A DNA stretch of 60,498 bases, taken from the NCBI GenBank assembly GCA_022361275.1, contig JAKSBE010000301.1, positions 1 through 60,498 of the forward strand. The letters run 5' to 3'. Below, piece after piece: positions 17,157 through 25,176 of the stretch (position 1 is the first letter of the stretch; the number at the start of each line of letters is the position of its first letter). Origin of the DNA: Kiloniellales bacterium (lineage in GTDB: Bacteria > Pseudomonadota > Alphaproteobacteria > Kiloniellales > JAKSBE01). The position numbers and the translations under genes are program-made. The notes beneath the pieces were generated by a model, which was not told the origin of the DNA, searched no databases, and saw only the letters and a program-made list of their open reading frames with translations.

Positions 17157-18323
17157 TCACCGGGCCGAGAGGGCAGCGGTGACCGCGCGTGCGATGACCC
17201 GTTCTTCGTCGGTCGGGATGATCATCACCCGCACCTTGCCGGTGCCGATATCGCGTTCATTCCCGGCGTTGCGCGCCTCGTCGATCTCGATGCCCAGCCA
17301 GGCCATCTCCGCGCAGACCCGGGCGCGGAGGGCCGCCGAGTTTTCGCCGATACCGCCGCAGAAGACCAGCGCGTCGATCCCGCCGAGCACGGCTGCCATG
17401 GCGCCCAGCTCACGCCGGATCCGAAAGACGAAGTAGTCGATCGCCTGCGCGGCCTCCGGCGAATCGGACGCTTCCAGCGTCCGCATGTCGTGCGACAGGC
17501 CGGAAAGGCCCCGAAGGCCGCTTTCGCGGTAGAGCAGATCGGCGATCTGGGGTGCCGTCATGCCCTCCCGCTCCATCAGATAGAGGATCACTCCGGGATC
17601 GAGCTGGCCGCAGCGCGTACCCATGGGCAGGCCGTCGAGCGCGGAGAACCCCATGGTCGAAGCGACGCTGCGGCCGTTTCTGATGGCGCACATGGAGGCG
17701 CCGTTTCCGAGATGGGCGACGACGACGCGCCCGGCAGCGACCTCCGGCGCACAGCGGGCAAGCTCGCCGATGACAAAGTGATAGGACAGCCCGTGAAAGC
17801 CATAGCGGCGGACGCCTTCGTCGTAGTAGCGCCGCGGCAGGGCGAAGGTGTCGTTCACCCAGGGATGGCCGCGGTGGAAGGCGGTGTCGAAACAGCCGAT
17901 CTGCAGGGCTTCCGGGAAGGCCGCCTGGGCGGCCGCCACCGCCGCCAGGTTGTGCGGCTGGTGCAGGGGCGCGAGCGGTGCCAGCGCGCGCAGCTTGGCA
18001 AGCGTCTCGGTGTCCAGGACTTGCGGAGCGACGAAGTCGACACCGCCATGGGCGATGCGATGCCCCACGCCCGCCACCTCCGGCCCGTCGACCAGGTCTT
18101 GCGTACGGCTCAGGATCGCCTGCAGCGCCACCGTGTGGTCGGCGGCGCCGATCTCGCGGAACTCCGGCGCGGCGCCCTGGCGCCGCAGCCTCAGCCGCGC
18201 CGCCGGCCCGAGGTTCTCCACCTGCCCCCGGGCTTCCAGCCGTGGCTCCTCGGCGGCCGAATAGACCGAGAACTTGATCGAAGAGGAACCGGCATTGAGC
18301 GTCAGGACGGTCTCGCCGCTCAT
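17157..18323 (-). CDS. ackA: Acetate (propionate) kinase
   Basis: Trimmed to ATG 18323..18321. MSGETVLTLNAGSSSIKFSVY..., HRIAHGG, YGFHGLSY, CGGIGENS motifs. Confidence 0.88.
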   Translation of the reverse strand: MSGETVLTLNAGSSSIKFSVYSAAEEPRLEARGQVENLGPAARLRLRRQGAAPEFREIGAADHTVALQAILSRTQDLVDGPEVAGVGHRIAHGGVDFVAPQVLDTETLAKLRALAPLAPLHQPHNLAAVAAAQAAFPEALQIGCFDTAFHRGHPWVNDTFALPRRYYDEGVRRYGFHGLSYHFVIGELARCAPEVAAGRVVVAHLGNGASMCAIRNGRSVASTMGFSALDGLPMGTRCGQLDPGVILYLMEREGMTAPQIADLLYRESGLRGLSGLSHDMRTLEASDSPEAAQAIDYFVFRIRRELGAMAAVLGGIDALVFCGGIGENSAALRARVCAEMAWLGIEIDEARNAGNERDIGTGKVRVMIIPTDEERVIARAVTAALSAR

Positions 18324-18529
18324 GACCTGCGGACCCAGGCGCTGTAGAGAGCCGCGACCGCGCAGGAGGCCAGCCGCGCCTCGTCGTCGTCGGCCCGGCT
18401 GGTGAGGATCACCGGGCAACGCGCGCCCATCACCAGGCCGCCCGCCTCCGCATAGGCGACGAAGGTCAACTCCTTGGCAAGCATGTTGCCCGCCTCCAGG
18501 TTGGGCGCGACCAGAATGTCCGCAGAGCC
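18320..18529 (-). pseudogene. C-terminal remnant (~65 codons) of a phosphate acetyl/butyryl-transferase
   Basis: My translation: GSADILVAPNLEAGNMLAKELTFVAYAEAGGLVMGARCPVILTSRADDDEARLASCAVAALYSAWVRRS*. This is the conserved Pta/Ptb C-terminus. The stop TGA overlaps the ackA ATG (ATGA). Only ~115 nt remain upstream before the fabI stop, and they show no Pta-like sequence in any frame. Confidence 0.7.
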
Positions 18530-18643
18530 GTCTGCAGGAGCTCGCCCTGCCGGCGCAGAGCATCGAGGGATTCGGCCGGCATCGGAAGACCTGCGTGCGC
18601 GTTGGCCGGGCCTACGGTCTCTCTCCTGCCGACGATGCCGGCA

Positions 18644-19408
18644 CTAGCCGACGACATGGTAGCCGCCGTCGATGTAGTGAACGCCGCCGGTCACATTGGC
18701 GGCCTCGGCGCTGGCCAGAAAGGCGGCATAGGCGCCCACGTCCTCGATGGTCGCCAGATGGCGCGTCGGAGCGCGTTCCGCCGCGCGCACCATGAGCTCG
18801 TCGAAATGATCGATGCCGCTGGCGGCGCGGGTCCTCAAGGGCCCCGGCGAGAGCGCGTGGACCGAGATGCCCTTGGGCCCGAGCTCGGCGGCGATGTAGC
18901 GCGTGACCGCCTCCAAGGCCGCCTTGACCGGGCCCATGACGTCGTAGTGCTCGACGACCTTCTCCGAGCCGTAGAAGCTGACCGTCATGCACGTACCGCC
19001 GTTCGGCATGAGCGGCTCGGCCAGGCGGATCATCCGCATGAAGGAATGCACCGAGATATCCATGGCGACGCCGAATCCCTCCCGGGAGCAATCGACCACC
19101 CTGCCCTGCAAGTCGTCCTTCGGGCAGAAGGCGATGGAGTGCAGCAGGATGTCGAGAGCGCCCCAGGTCGTCCGGATCTCGGCGAAGAGGGCTTCCAACT
19201 GGGCGTCGTCCCGCACGTCCAGGGGCGCGACGATCGGCGCCGAGAGCTGCGCCGCAAGCGGCCGCACGAAAGGCTCCGCTTTCTGGTTCAGATAGGTCAG
19301 CGCGATTTCGGCACCCTGCGCCCGCAGGGCCTGCGCACAGCCCCAGGCGATTGACTCCTCGTTGGCGACGCCGACGACGAGCGCTCGCTTGCCCGCGATA
19401 GAGAACAT
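18644..19408 (-). CDS. fabI: Enoyl-ACP reductase (NADH), FabI
   Basis: Trimmed to ATG 19408..19406. MFSIAGKRALVVGVANEESIAWGCAQAL..., YGSEKVVEHYDVMGPVKAALE (Y-x6-K), SPGPLRTRAASGI. Confidence 0.85.
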   Translation of the reverse strand: MFSIAGKRALVVGVANEESIAWGCAQALRAQGAEIALTYLNQKAEPFVRPLAAQLSAPIVAPLDVRDDAQLEALFAEIRTTWGALDILLHSIAFCPKDDLQGRVVDCSREGFGVAMDISVHSFMRMIRLAEPLMPNGGTCMTVSFYGSEKVVEHYDVMGPVKAALEAVTRYIAAELGPKGISVHALSPGPLRTRAASGIDHFDELMVRAAERAPTRHLATIEDVGAYAAFLASAEAANVTGGVHYIDGGYHVVG

Positions 19409-19868
19409 CCGGATTTTCGCTCCATTTTGATGCACTGCACAACTGCACTATGCTACAAAATCATGGAACCGAACCGTGACTCTTTTTTGAGACTTCGACC
19501 GCGCCTTGCCTGCACCCTCAGCCGACCAGACGGCGTCGGTCCAGCGGGCTCAAAGTGCTGGCACGCCTTGGTTTACCTCTAGTTGCCTGAGCGCGAAGGC
19601 GCGGCTTGCGCGGTCCATTGTGCGGTCCGCCGGCGCCAAGGCGATGGGTCATGCTTCACCGACGGTTTACCGGTCTCCGGGGCGTTTCAGGTAATCGGCG
19701 AGCGGCTTTTGCTGCAATGCAACCTCATCCGACCGTCGCTGCGTTCGACATCGGCCAAGGCTGGGCGCAGCAACGCGGCCGCCGCAGGGCGGCACCTTCG
19801 AACCTCCGGCAGACAGCCAAGATAAGCTCGGCGGTTCCCCGAAGGCTGTCCAAGGCCTGGGCGCCTCG

Positions 19869-20312
19869 TCACAAGTCTTTTCGGTAGAACACGCGATTGA
19901 AGCCGTCTTCCTCCCAGCGGCCGATCTCCGCGTAGCCGAGCGCGGGATAGTAGGCGATGTTCTCGGTCATCTTCTCGTTCGTATAGAGTTCGACCCGTGA
20001 AAAACCCAGCTCCTTCGCCTGCCGCTCGACAAACTCGATCAGCCGGGTCCCGTGGCCTTTGCCCTGAAACGCCGGATTGACCGCAACGTTCTCGATGTGG
20101 AGGTGGTCGCCGCGGGGGTAGAAGATGACAAAGCCGACGGGCCCGTCCTCGGTCTCCAGGACATGCAGGTTTCCGGCTGAGACGATGCCCGCGAAATCGG
20201 CGATCATTGGGGCGGGCTTCCTGCCCATCCGCTCGACGTAGATTTCGTAGGCCGCGGTGGCGCAGTCCCTTACGAAGGGGATGTCGCTCTCGTTTGCCAG
20301 TCTGATGGTCAT
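19869..20312 (-). CDS. GNAT family N-acetyltransferase
   Basis: 147 aa. ENVAVNPAFQGKGHGTRLIEFVERQAKELG is the acetyl-CoA binding motif A (Q/RxxGxG/A). Confidence 0.78.
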   Translation of the reverse strand: MTIRLANESDIPFVRDCATAAYEIYVERMGRKPAPMIADFAGIVSAGNLHVLETEDGPVGFVIFYPRGDHLHIENVAVNPAFQGKGHGTRLIEFVERQAKELGFSRVELYTNEKMTENIAYYPALGYAEIGRWEEDGFNRVFYRKDL

Positions 20313-20486
20313 CGAAACCTCGTCTTTCGGCGACGATCTTCGGATCCAAGGTTAAGGTCTTATTCGTGCGGCAGCAATCGCATCGATCGAAATCGAGGCG
20401 CCGCAGTCGGAGGACGTTTCGACGGACGGAGGTCGTTGGCCGCGGTTCAGGCCGCGCCCTGCGCCAAAAACCCAGGGAGGACAGGG

Positions 20487-21263
20487 ATGACCGAAGCGAG
20501 ACTCAAGGCCATGGCCCGGACCCGCGCCCTCAAGGCGGGGCACTTCATCTTCGAGTTCGACACCCCCGGCATGGGCCGCATCTGCAAGAACGCGGGCTGC
20601 GAGTTCGTCATCTTGGACACCGAGCACAGCGGCTTCGGCATCGAGACCACCAAACGCATGCTCCGCTTCTTCGAGGCGGCCGATCTGCCGACCATCGTGC
20701 GGGTGCCCTCCAAGGACTACAAGGACATCGCCCGCGCCTGCGACGCCGGGGCCGAGGGCGTGATGCTGCCCATGGTTTCGACGCCCGAAGAGGCAGAGCG
20801 GATCGTCCGGAGCATGAAGTACACCCCGCGCGGCGACCGCGGCGTGATCCTGCGCGCCGCGCTGGACGGCTACACCGAGGGGCCGACCGGCGAGAAACTG
20901 GCCGCGCAGAACGCCCGAACCACCCTCTTCGCCCAGATCGAGACCGCCGAGGGCGTGGGCAACGCCGAAGCCATCGCCGCCATCGACGGCGTCGACTGCC
21001 TCTGGGTCGGCCACTTCGACCTGAGCTGCTCGCTCGGCATTCCCGGACAGTTCGATCATCCCGACTTCGTCGGCGCGATCGAGGCCGTGATCGCCGCCGG
21101 CCGCAAGGCGGGCAAATCGCTCGGCCGGCTGGTGCCCGACGTCGCCAGCGGCGCGGCGCTCTACAAGCAGGGTTTCGACTTCATCGCCTATTCGGCCGAC
21201 GCCTGGGTCCTGGGCGACGCCCTGGCCGACGCACTGCGGAACCTGCGCGAGGCCTGCGCCTGA
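20487..21263 (+). CDS. HpcH/HpaI-family aldolase (2-keto-3-deoxy-acid aldolase type)
   Basis: Trimmed to ATG 20487 with a GGGAGGA SD. FEFDTPGMGRICKNAGCEFVILDTEHSGF..., VRVPS..., MLPMVSTPEEAERIV..KYTPRGDRG, QIETAEGV...IDGVDCLWVGHFDLS. Confidence 0.78.
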   Translation: MTEARLKAMARTRALKAGHFIFEFDTPGMGRICKNAGCEFVILDTEHSGFGIETTKRMLRFFEAADLPTIVRVPSKDYKDIARACDAGAEGVMLPMVSTPEEAERIVRSMKYTPRGDRGVILRAALDGYTEGPTGEKLAAQNARTTLFAQIETAEGVGNAEAIAAIDGVDCLWVGHFDLSCSLGIPGQFDHPDFVGAIEAVIAAGRKAGKSLGRLVPDVASGAALYKQGFDFIAYSADAWVLGDALADALRNLREACA

Positions 21264-21275
21264 AGGAGGCTCGCC

Positions 21276-21440
21276 ATGCCCGCTTTCAAGGTCGCCCTCA
21301 GCGGCGACTTCTTCGACGCCGCGGGGAAGCCCGCCTATCCGATGTTCGGCCTCTCGCCCCTGCGCGCGCACGAGGACATCGAGCTCGTCGTCCTGGCGCC
21401 CTGCGAGGAGATCGCGCCGGAGCGGGCGGACCAAGGCCCG
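21276..21440 (+). pseudogene. 5' fragment of a D-2-hydroxyacid dehydrogenase-like gene
   Basis: MPAFKVALSGDFFDAAGKPAYPMFGLSPLRAHEDIELVVLAPCEEIAPE resembles the N-terminus of this family. After about 50 codons the ORF turns into R/G-rich nonsense, and no NAD-binding GxGxxG region follows. Confidence 0.45.
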
Positions 21441-21624
21441 ACCGTGGTGAGCGTGACCCGTATGGGCGGAGACAAGCCGATAGACGCCCCTAAACCGCTC
21501 CTGCCAAGGGCGGGCTCGGGACGAGTCCGCCGCCGGCTTGGCAAGGTCGGGCGGACGGCGAGATGGATAGGCGGCGTGCGGTGAAGTCCATTCGATCATC
21601 GGGGAAGTGATCGCCGCTGATGCA

Positions 21625-21750
21625 GCCGGTCGGGCCGAAATTGCCCCGGATCGACGGCCTCAGGACAGCTTCGAATCCGTGCTGGAAGACCCGCATTTCG
21701 AAGCGACGGGTTTCTTCAATACGGTCGAGCACCCAAGCGGGAGCGCTGAG
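21625..21750 (+). pseudogene. Internal/C-terminal fragment of a family III CoA-transferase (CaiB/BaiF-like)
   Basis: ...SFESVLEDPHFEATGFFNTVEHPSGS matches the conserved (V/L)xxDPHxxxRGxxxxxxHP block near the C-terminus of these enzymes. There is nothing family-like before or after it. Confidence 0.4.
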
Positions 21751-21753
21751 GCC

Positions 21754-22287
21754 TCAGCCCGTGCCGCTCTCCGGTGTGGCGGGAGTGATCCGACCGCTGG
21801 CCCGCTCCAGGACCGCGCCCGCGTCCAGAAGCACGTCCTCCCTGTAGCGGTCTGCGATCAGGTGAACACCCACCGGCCGGGACTGCGCCAGCCCCATGGG
21901 CGCCGAGAGGCCGGGCAATCCGAGGATCGGCGTCGCGGTGGTCGGCGCAAGCCGGCGGTAGAATTCCTCGAAGTCGAGATCGTGGCGCTGATCCTCGCCC
22001 AAATCGTAAGGTAACTGCCAGGACACTGCCGTCAGGATGAGCGGATAGGAGGCGAAGAACTGCTGCCATTTACGCAGCATGGTGCTTCTTTGTGCGAGCG
22101 CTTTCAGAAATCCATCGCGATCAAGGTCGGGGACGCCTTTGAGCAAGACGCCTATCGACCTCTTAACCTTCTCGTCGCCGTGCTTTTGCACCAGAGGCCA
22201 GAGTCCGGCGCGCATCTCGTTGCCAAGGACCAGCCGCCAGAGGTCGGCCCCGCCTCGGTCAGGGAGGGGATCGCCACCTCCGATATC
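21754..22287 (-). pseudogene. C-terminal third of an amidase-signature-family gene
   Basis: ...ATPILGLPGLSAPMGLAQSRPVGVHLIADRYREDVLLDAGAVLERA is the typical amidase C-terminus. The frame opens only at 22287, right after an in-frame TGA, so the catalytic Ser-Ser-Lys region is absent. Confidence 0.55.
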
Positions 22288-22297
22288 TCAAGAAGGC

Positions 22298-22512
22298 TCA
22301 TGAGCGCAGAATTCTCGGGTTCAGCGCATCGTTCAGCGCCTCTCCGGCCAGGTTGATCGCAACGACGGTAATCAGGATCGCAATGCCGGGGAAAACGCTC
22401 ATCCACCATGCCTGGCGGATGACGGTCCGGCCTGCGCCGATCATGTAACCCCACGACATATAGTTCGGATCGCCGAGGCCCATGAAAGACAGAGCTGCCT
22501 CGATACGGCAGT
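22298..22512 (-). pseudogene. C-terminal fragment of a DppC/OppC-type ABC permease
   Basis: RIEAALSFMGLGDPNYMSWGYMIGAGRTVIRQAWWMSVFPGIAILITVVAINLAGEALNDALNPR is the conserved last ~65 residues of peptide/nickel permeases. No upstream TM segments remain. Confidence 0.6.
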
Positions 22513-22548
22513 GCCACGACCACTCACGCCGTCCGAGCAGCGATACAG

Positions 22549-22755
22549 CGACCGAAAGCTACGATTGGCCTCCGCAAGGCGGCCCAGGTTGAGGCGGTCG
22601 AGAGCGGCGCGTCATCCAAGGAGCTCCAGTCCCTCGCCGCGCACCGGACGCTATCCATGTCCGAGCACTACACCAAGGGCGCAGAGAAGCGAAAGCTGGC
22701 CGTCACCAGCGCCCGGAAGGTGGAGCGGGCCCGCCGGCGCAAGAACCGGAAGTGA
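22549..22755 (+). pseudogene. C-terminal remnant of a tyrosine recombinase (phage-type integrase)
   Basis: My translation: GLRKAAQVEAVESGASSKELQSLAAHRTLSMSEHYTKGAEKRKLAVTSARKVERARRRKNRK*. It fits the HGLRKxx...GH(K/R)TLxMxExYT(catalytic Y) end of integrases, but the N-terminal and core domains are missing. It ends 72 nt from the 3' end of tRNA-Lys. Confidence 0.6.
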
Positions 22756-22827
22756 ACGGATTTTGGAAAACACAACTGACCAAACTGGATAACAGCCTGG
22801 TTAGCCGCCACTAAGTCCTTGAAAACA

Positions 22828-22903
22828 TGGTGAGCCCGCTAGGATTCGAACCTAGGACCTACTGATTAAAAGTCAGTTGCTCTACCAACTGAGCTACGGG
22901 CCC
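22828..22903 (-). tRNA. tRNA-Lys (anticodon UUU), CCA encoded
   Basis: Reverse complement: GGGCCCGTAGCTCAGTTGGTAGAGCAACTGACTTTTAATCAGTAGGTCCTAGGTTCGAATCCTAGCGGGCTCACCA. It has a 7-bp acceptor stem (one G-U), D arm GCTC/GAGC, anticodon stem ACTGA/TCAGT with loop CTTTTAA, and T arm CTAGG-TTCGAAT-CCTAG. Confidence 0.95.
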
Positions 22904-23040
22904 CCGACGAGGGCGGCAGTTTAACGCCGATTCGGCGGGAACATAGGGAGCCCGGCGCCGGGGGTCAACCGCGGCGATAGGGGCAGCCCGGCAGATCCCT
23001 TACCCTCGCCCTTGCGCTTGGCGGTTCGCGGCCGGTGCCC

Positions 23041-23145
23041 AGATCAAACTGCGTCTAATTGGCCTCAACTAGACGCAGATCATTTGATCTATTCCGTAGA
23101 GTTAGAGCAGCTTATCCGGGTTCGAATGAACGCGGGCTGCTCTAG
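23041..23145 (+). repeat. Two-hairpin mosaic (MITE/RIME-like) element, left copy
   Basis: AGATCAAACTGCGTCTAATTGGCCTCAACTAGACGCAGATCATTTGATCT + ATTCCGTAGAGTT + AGAGCAGCTTATCCGGGTTCGAATGAACGCGGGCTGCTCTAG. It is the reverse complement of 25050..25150. Confidence 0.85.
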
Positions 23146-23211
23146 GCGGCGGCGGCCGGATCTTCTAGGATCGCCCTGTCGCGGCACGCGATAGCTACGG
23201 GGGACCAGGCA

Positions 23212-25053
23212 ATGCCGGAGGATGGCAGGCAGCTGACCAAGATCCCGGAGGCCAAGGGCCGGGCCCGGATCTGGCGGCCCACGGTAACGCTGGTCCTGGC
23301 CGCCAGCATGGCGTTCCTGGTCCTGCTGTCGGTGGTGCTGGTCATCACCATCCAGGTGTCGGCGAGCCGGAAGAACACCTATGAGCTCCTGCGCGAGGTC
23401 GCCAGCCTCATCGTCGAGTACATGGACCGCAGCCTGCGCGACCATCTGGAGCCCGCCCAAGCCCAGGCCGCCTTCATCGCCCGGCAGATCGAAAGCGGCG
23501 GCTTCGACCTGCAGGATCGGGCACGGCTGCGCGATCTCCTGGTTGGCGCCGTGGCCGGCACACCTCAGATCGCGGCCCTCCTCACCTGGGACAAGGACTT
23601 CCGCCGCTTCGCAGTCTGGCGCGGGCCGGACGGCTCCACCGGGGTTCTGGAAGGCGACTTCAGCGACGATCCGCTGATCCGCGCCGCGTCCGAGGAGATG
23701 GAATCGCTCCAGGAGGCCGTGTGGGGCGAGCTGGTGTTCCGCGAGGGTGCGGCCAGGATCAATCTGCGCCAGCCGCTCCGCCGCGACGGCGAGGTCGTCG
23801 GCTTCCTGGTCGTGGCGATCGCCGTCCAGGATCTCTCGGCCTTGGCCGCCGATTTGAGCGCGGTGCTCGATGGAACCGCCTTCGTGCTCCAGGGGCGCGA
23901 CAGGGTCATTGCCCACCCCAACCTGACCTCCAGCCATCCGGAGCAGTCGCCGGACAACCCCGTGGTTCACATCGACCGCGTCGGCGACGTGGTCCTGCCC
24001 GAGATCTGGAACGCCCGGCCGATCGAGGGCTTCAGCGCCGAGGGCTTCGACGCCAAAGTGGTGCGCGTCGTGCTGGCCGAGCAGGAATACGCCTTCGTCT
24101 ACCGCGAGGTCACCGGCTACGGGTCGAAGCCCTGGTACCTCGGCGCCTGGTTCCAGCTGACCGCCGACAACGTCGTCGACCGTCTCGTTCGCTCGATCGA
24201 ATGGAGCCTGGCGCTCCTCGTGCTGGCCGTGGCGGCGGCCTTCCTCCTGGGACGGCTGATCGCCCGGCCGATCCGGCGGGTCGCCGAGGGCACGGCACGG
24301 ATCGGCCACCTCGACCTCGCCCACGTCGACACCCTCGGCCCCAGCCGGCTGCTCGAGCTGGACAACCAGGCCCAGGCCTTCAACGCCATGCTCGCCAGCC
24401 TGCGGTCCTTCGAGACCTATGTCCCGCGCCGGCTCGTCACCCGACTGATCCGGGCCGGCGGCGAGCAGGCGGTGACCTCGGAAGAGCGCGAGCTGACCAT
24501 CCTCTTCACCGACATCGCGGACTTCACCCGGCTGTCCGAGAATACCCCGGCCGCCGAGGTCGCGGCCTTCCTCAACCAGCACTTCGGCCTGCTGGGCGCC
24601 TGCGTCGAGGCCGAGGACGGGACCGTGGACAAGTTCATCGGCGACGCCCTCATGGCCTTTTGGGGGGCGCCAGATTCTCAGCCGGACACGGCGGTCCGGG
24701 CCTGCCGCGCGGCCCTGGCCATGGCCGCCGCCGTGACCGCCGACAACCAGCGGCGCAAGGCGGAGGGCAAGCCGCCGGTCCGACTCCGGATCGGCATCCA
24801 CACCGGACCGGTGGTCGTCGGCAACATCGGCTGGCCGGGGCGGATCAACTACACCATCGTCGGCGACACGGTGAACAGCAGCCAGCGGCTGGAGGCCCTC
24901 GGCAAGGACCTGGGCCCCGATGAGGAGGTCATCATCCTGGTCAGCGACGCGACGGCGAAGCGCCTGGACCACCGCTTCAAGCTGGATCTCGCCGGCCGCT
25001 TCGAGATCCGCGGCAAGAGCGCCGCGCTCGAGGTCTATCGGCTGCGGACCTAG
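23212..25053 (+). CDS. Membrane sensor class III adenylate/guanylate cyclase (periplasmic sensor domain - HAMP - cyclase)
   Basis: 613 aa. TM segments LVLAASMAFLVLLSVVLVITI and WSLALLVLAVAAAFLLGRLIA flank a ~270-aa extracytoplasmic region. HAMP-like RPIRRVAEGTARIGHLDL...AFNAMLASL. Cyclase motifs ILFTDIADFTRLSE, KFIGDALMAFWGAP, RIGIHTGPVVVGNIG, YTIVGDTVNSSQRLE. Confidence 0.85.
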   Translation: MPEDGRQLTKIPEAKGRARIWRPTVTLVLAASMAFLVLLSVVLVITIQVSASRKNTYELLREVASLIVEYMDRSLRDHLEPAQAQAAFIARQIESGGFDLQDRARLRDLLVGAVAGTPQIAALLTWDKDFRRFAVWRGPDGSTGVLEGDFSDDPLIRAASEEMESLQEAVWGELVFREGAARINLRQPLRRDGEVVGFLVVAIAVQDLSALAADLSAVLDGTAFVLQGRDRVIAHPNLTSSHPEQSPDNPVVHIDRVGDVVLPEIWNARPIEGFSAEGFDAKVVRVVLAEQEYAFVYREVTGYGSKPWYLGAWFQLTADNVVDRLVRSIEWSLALLVLAVAAAFLLGRLIARPIRRVAEGTARIGHLDLAHVDTLGPSRLLELDNQAQAFNAMLASLRSFETYVPRRLVTRLIRAGGEQAVTSEERELTILFTDIADFTRLSENTPAAEVAAFLNQHFGLLGACVEAEDGTVDKFIGDALMAFWGAPDSQPDTAVRACRAALAMAAAVTADNQRRKAEGKPPVRLRIGIHTGPVVVGNIGWPGRINYTIVGDTVNSSQRLEALGKDLGPDEEVIILVSDATAKRLDHRFKLDLAGRFEIRGKSAALEVYRLRT

Positions 25054-25150
25054 AGCAGCCCGCGTTCATTCGAACGCGGATAAGTTGCTCTAACTCTACG
25101 GAATAGATCAAACTGCGTTCAATTGGACTCAATTGAACGCAGTTTGATCT
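25050..25150 (-). repeat. Two-hairpin mosaic (MITE/RIME-like) element, right copy (inverted)
   Basis: CTAGAGCAGCCCGCGTTCATTCGAACGCGGATAAGTTGCTCTAACTCTACGGAATAGATCAAACTGCGTTCAATTGGACTCAATTGAACGCAGTTTGATCT. It begins on the cyclase stop codon (TAG 25051..25053) and lies between the convergent cyclase and coaD genes. Confidence 0.85.
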
Positions 25151-25176
25151 AGAGCACGATGACATGAGGTCGTGTT

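Noticed and set aside
18466-18657. The 63-aa ORF overlapping the fabI stop and the pta stump region.
   Set aside because: It is in a different frame from the recognisable Pta C-terminus, has no motifs, and starts inside fabI. It is most likely spurious.
21445-21452. TGGTGAGC, identical to the first 8 nt of the tRNA-Lys 3' end as written on the plus strand. It sits right where the dehydrogenase fragment loses similarity, so it could be an attR remnant.
   Set aside because: An 8-nt match has a non-trivial chance of occurring in a 1.5-kb region, and the following bases do not match the tRNA. It is kept only as a pointer for a proper repeat search.
21276-21584. The 102-aa ORF taken as an intact small gene after the aldolase.
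   Set aside because: Only the first ~50 residues resemble a real protein family. The remainder is R/G-rich read-through into unrelated DNA. It is called as a 5' gene fragment instead.
23104-23142. tRNA-like look of the mosaic element (GGGTTCGAATGAACGCGGGCTGCTC versus the tRNA-Lys T-arm/acceptor AGGTTCGAATCCTAGCGGGCTCACC).
   Set aside because: The shared TTCGAA core is itself a palindrome. The element has no D arm or anticodon arm, and its stem geometry does not fit a cloverleaf. I treat this as coincidence, although a tRNA-derived origin cannot be excluded without a search.
16032-25053. The idea that the patatin-like protein and the class III cyclases belong to a CBASS/Pycsar-type cyclic-nucleotide defence system.
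   Set aside because: The patatin gene is 6 kb from the nearest cyclase and sits with bdhA. The cyclases are sensor-type (TM-HAMP, or with a large N-terminal domain) rather than CD-NTase or PycC-like. No effector gene is adjacent to either.
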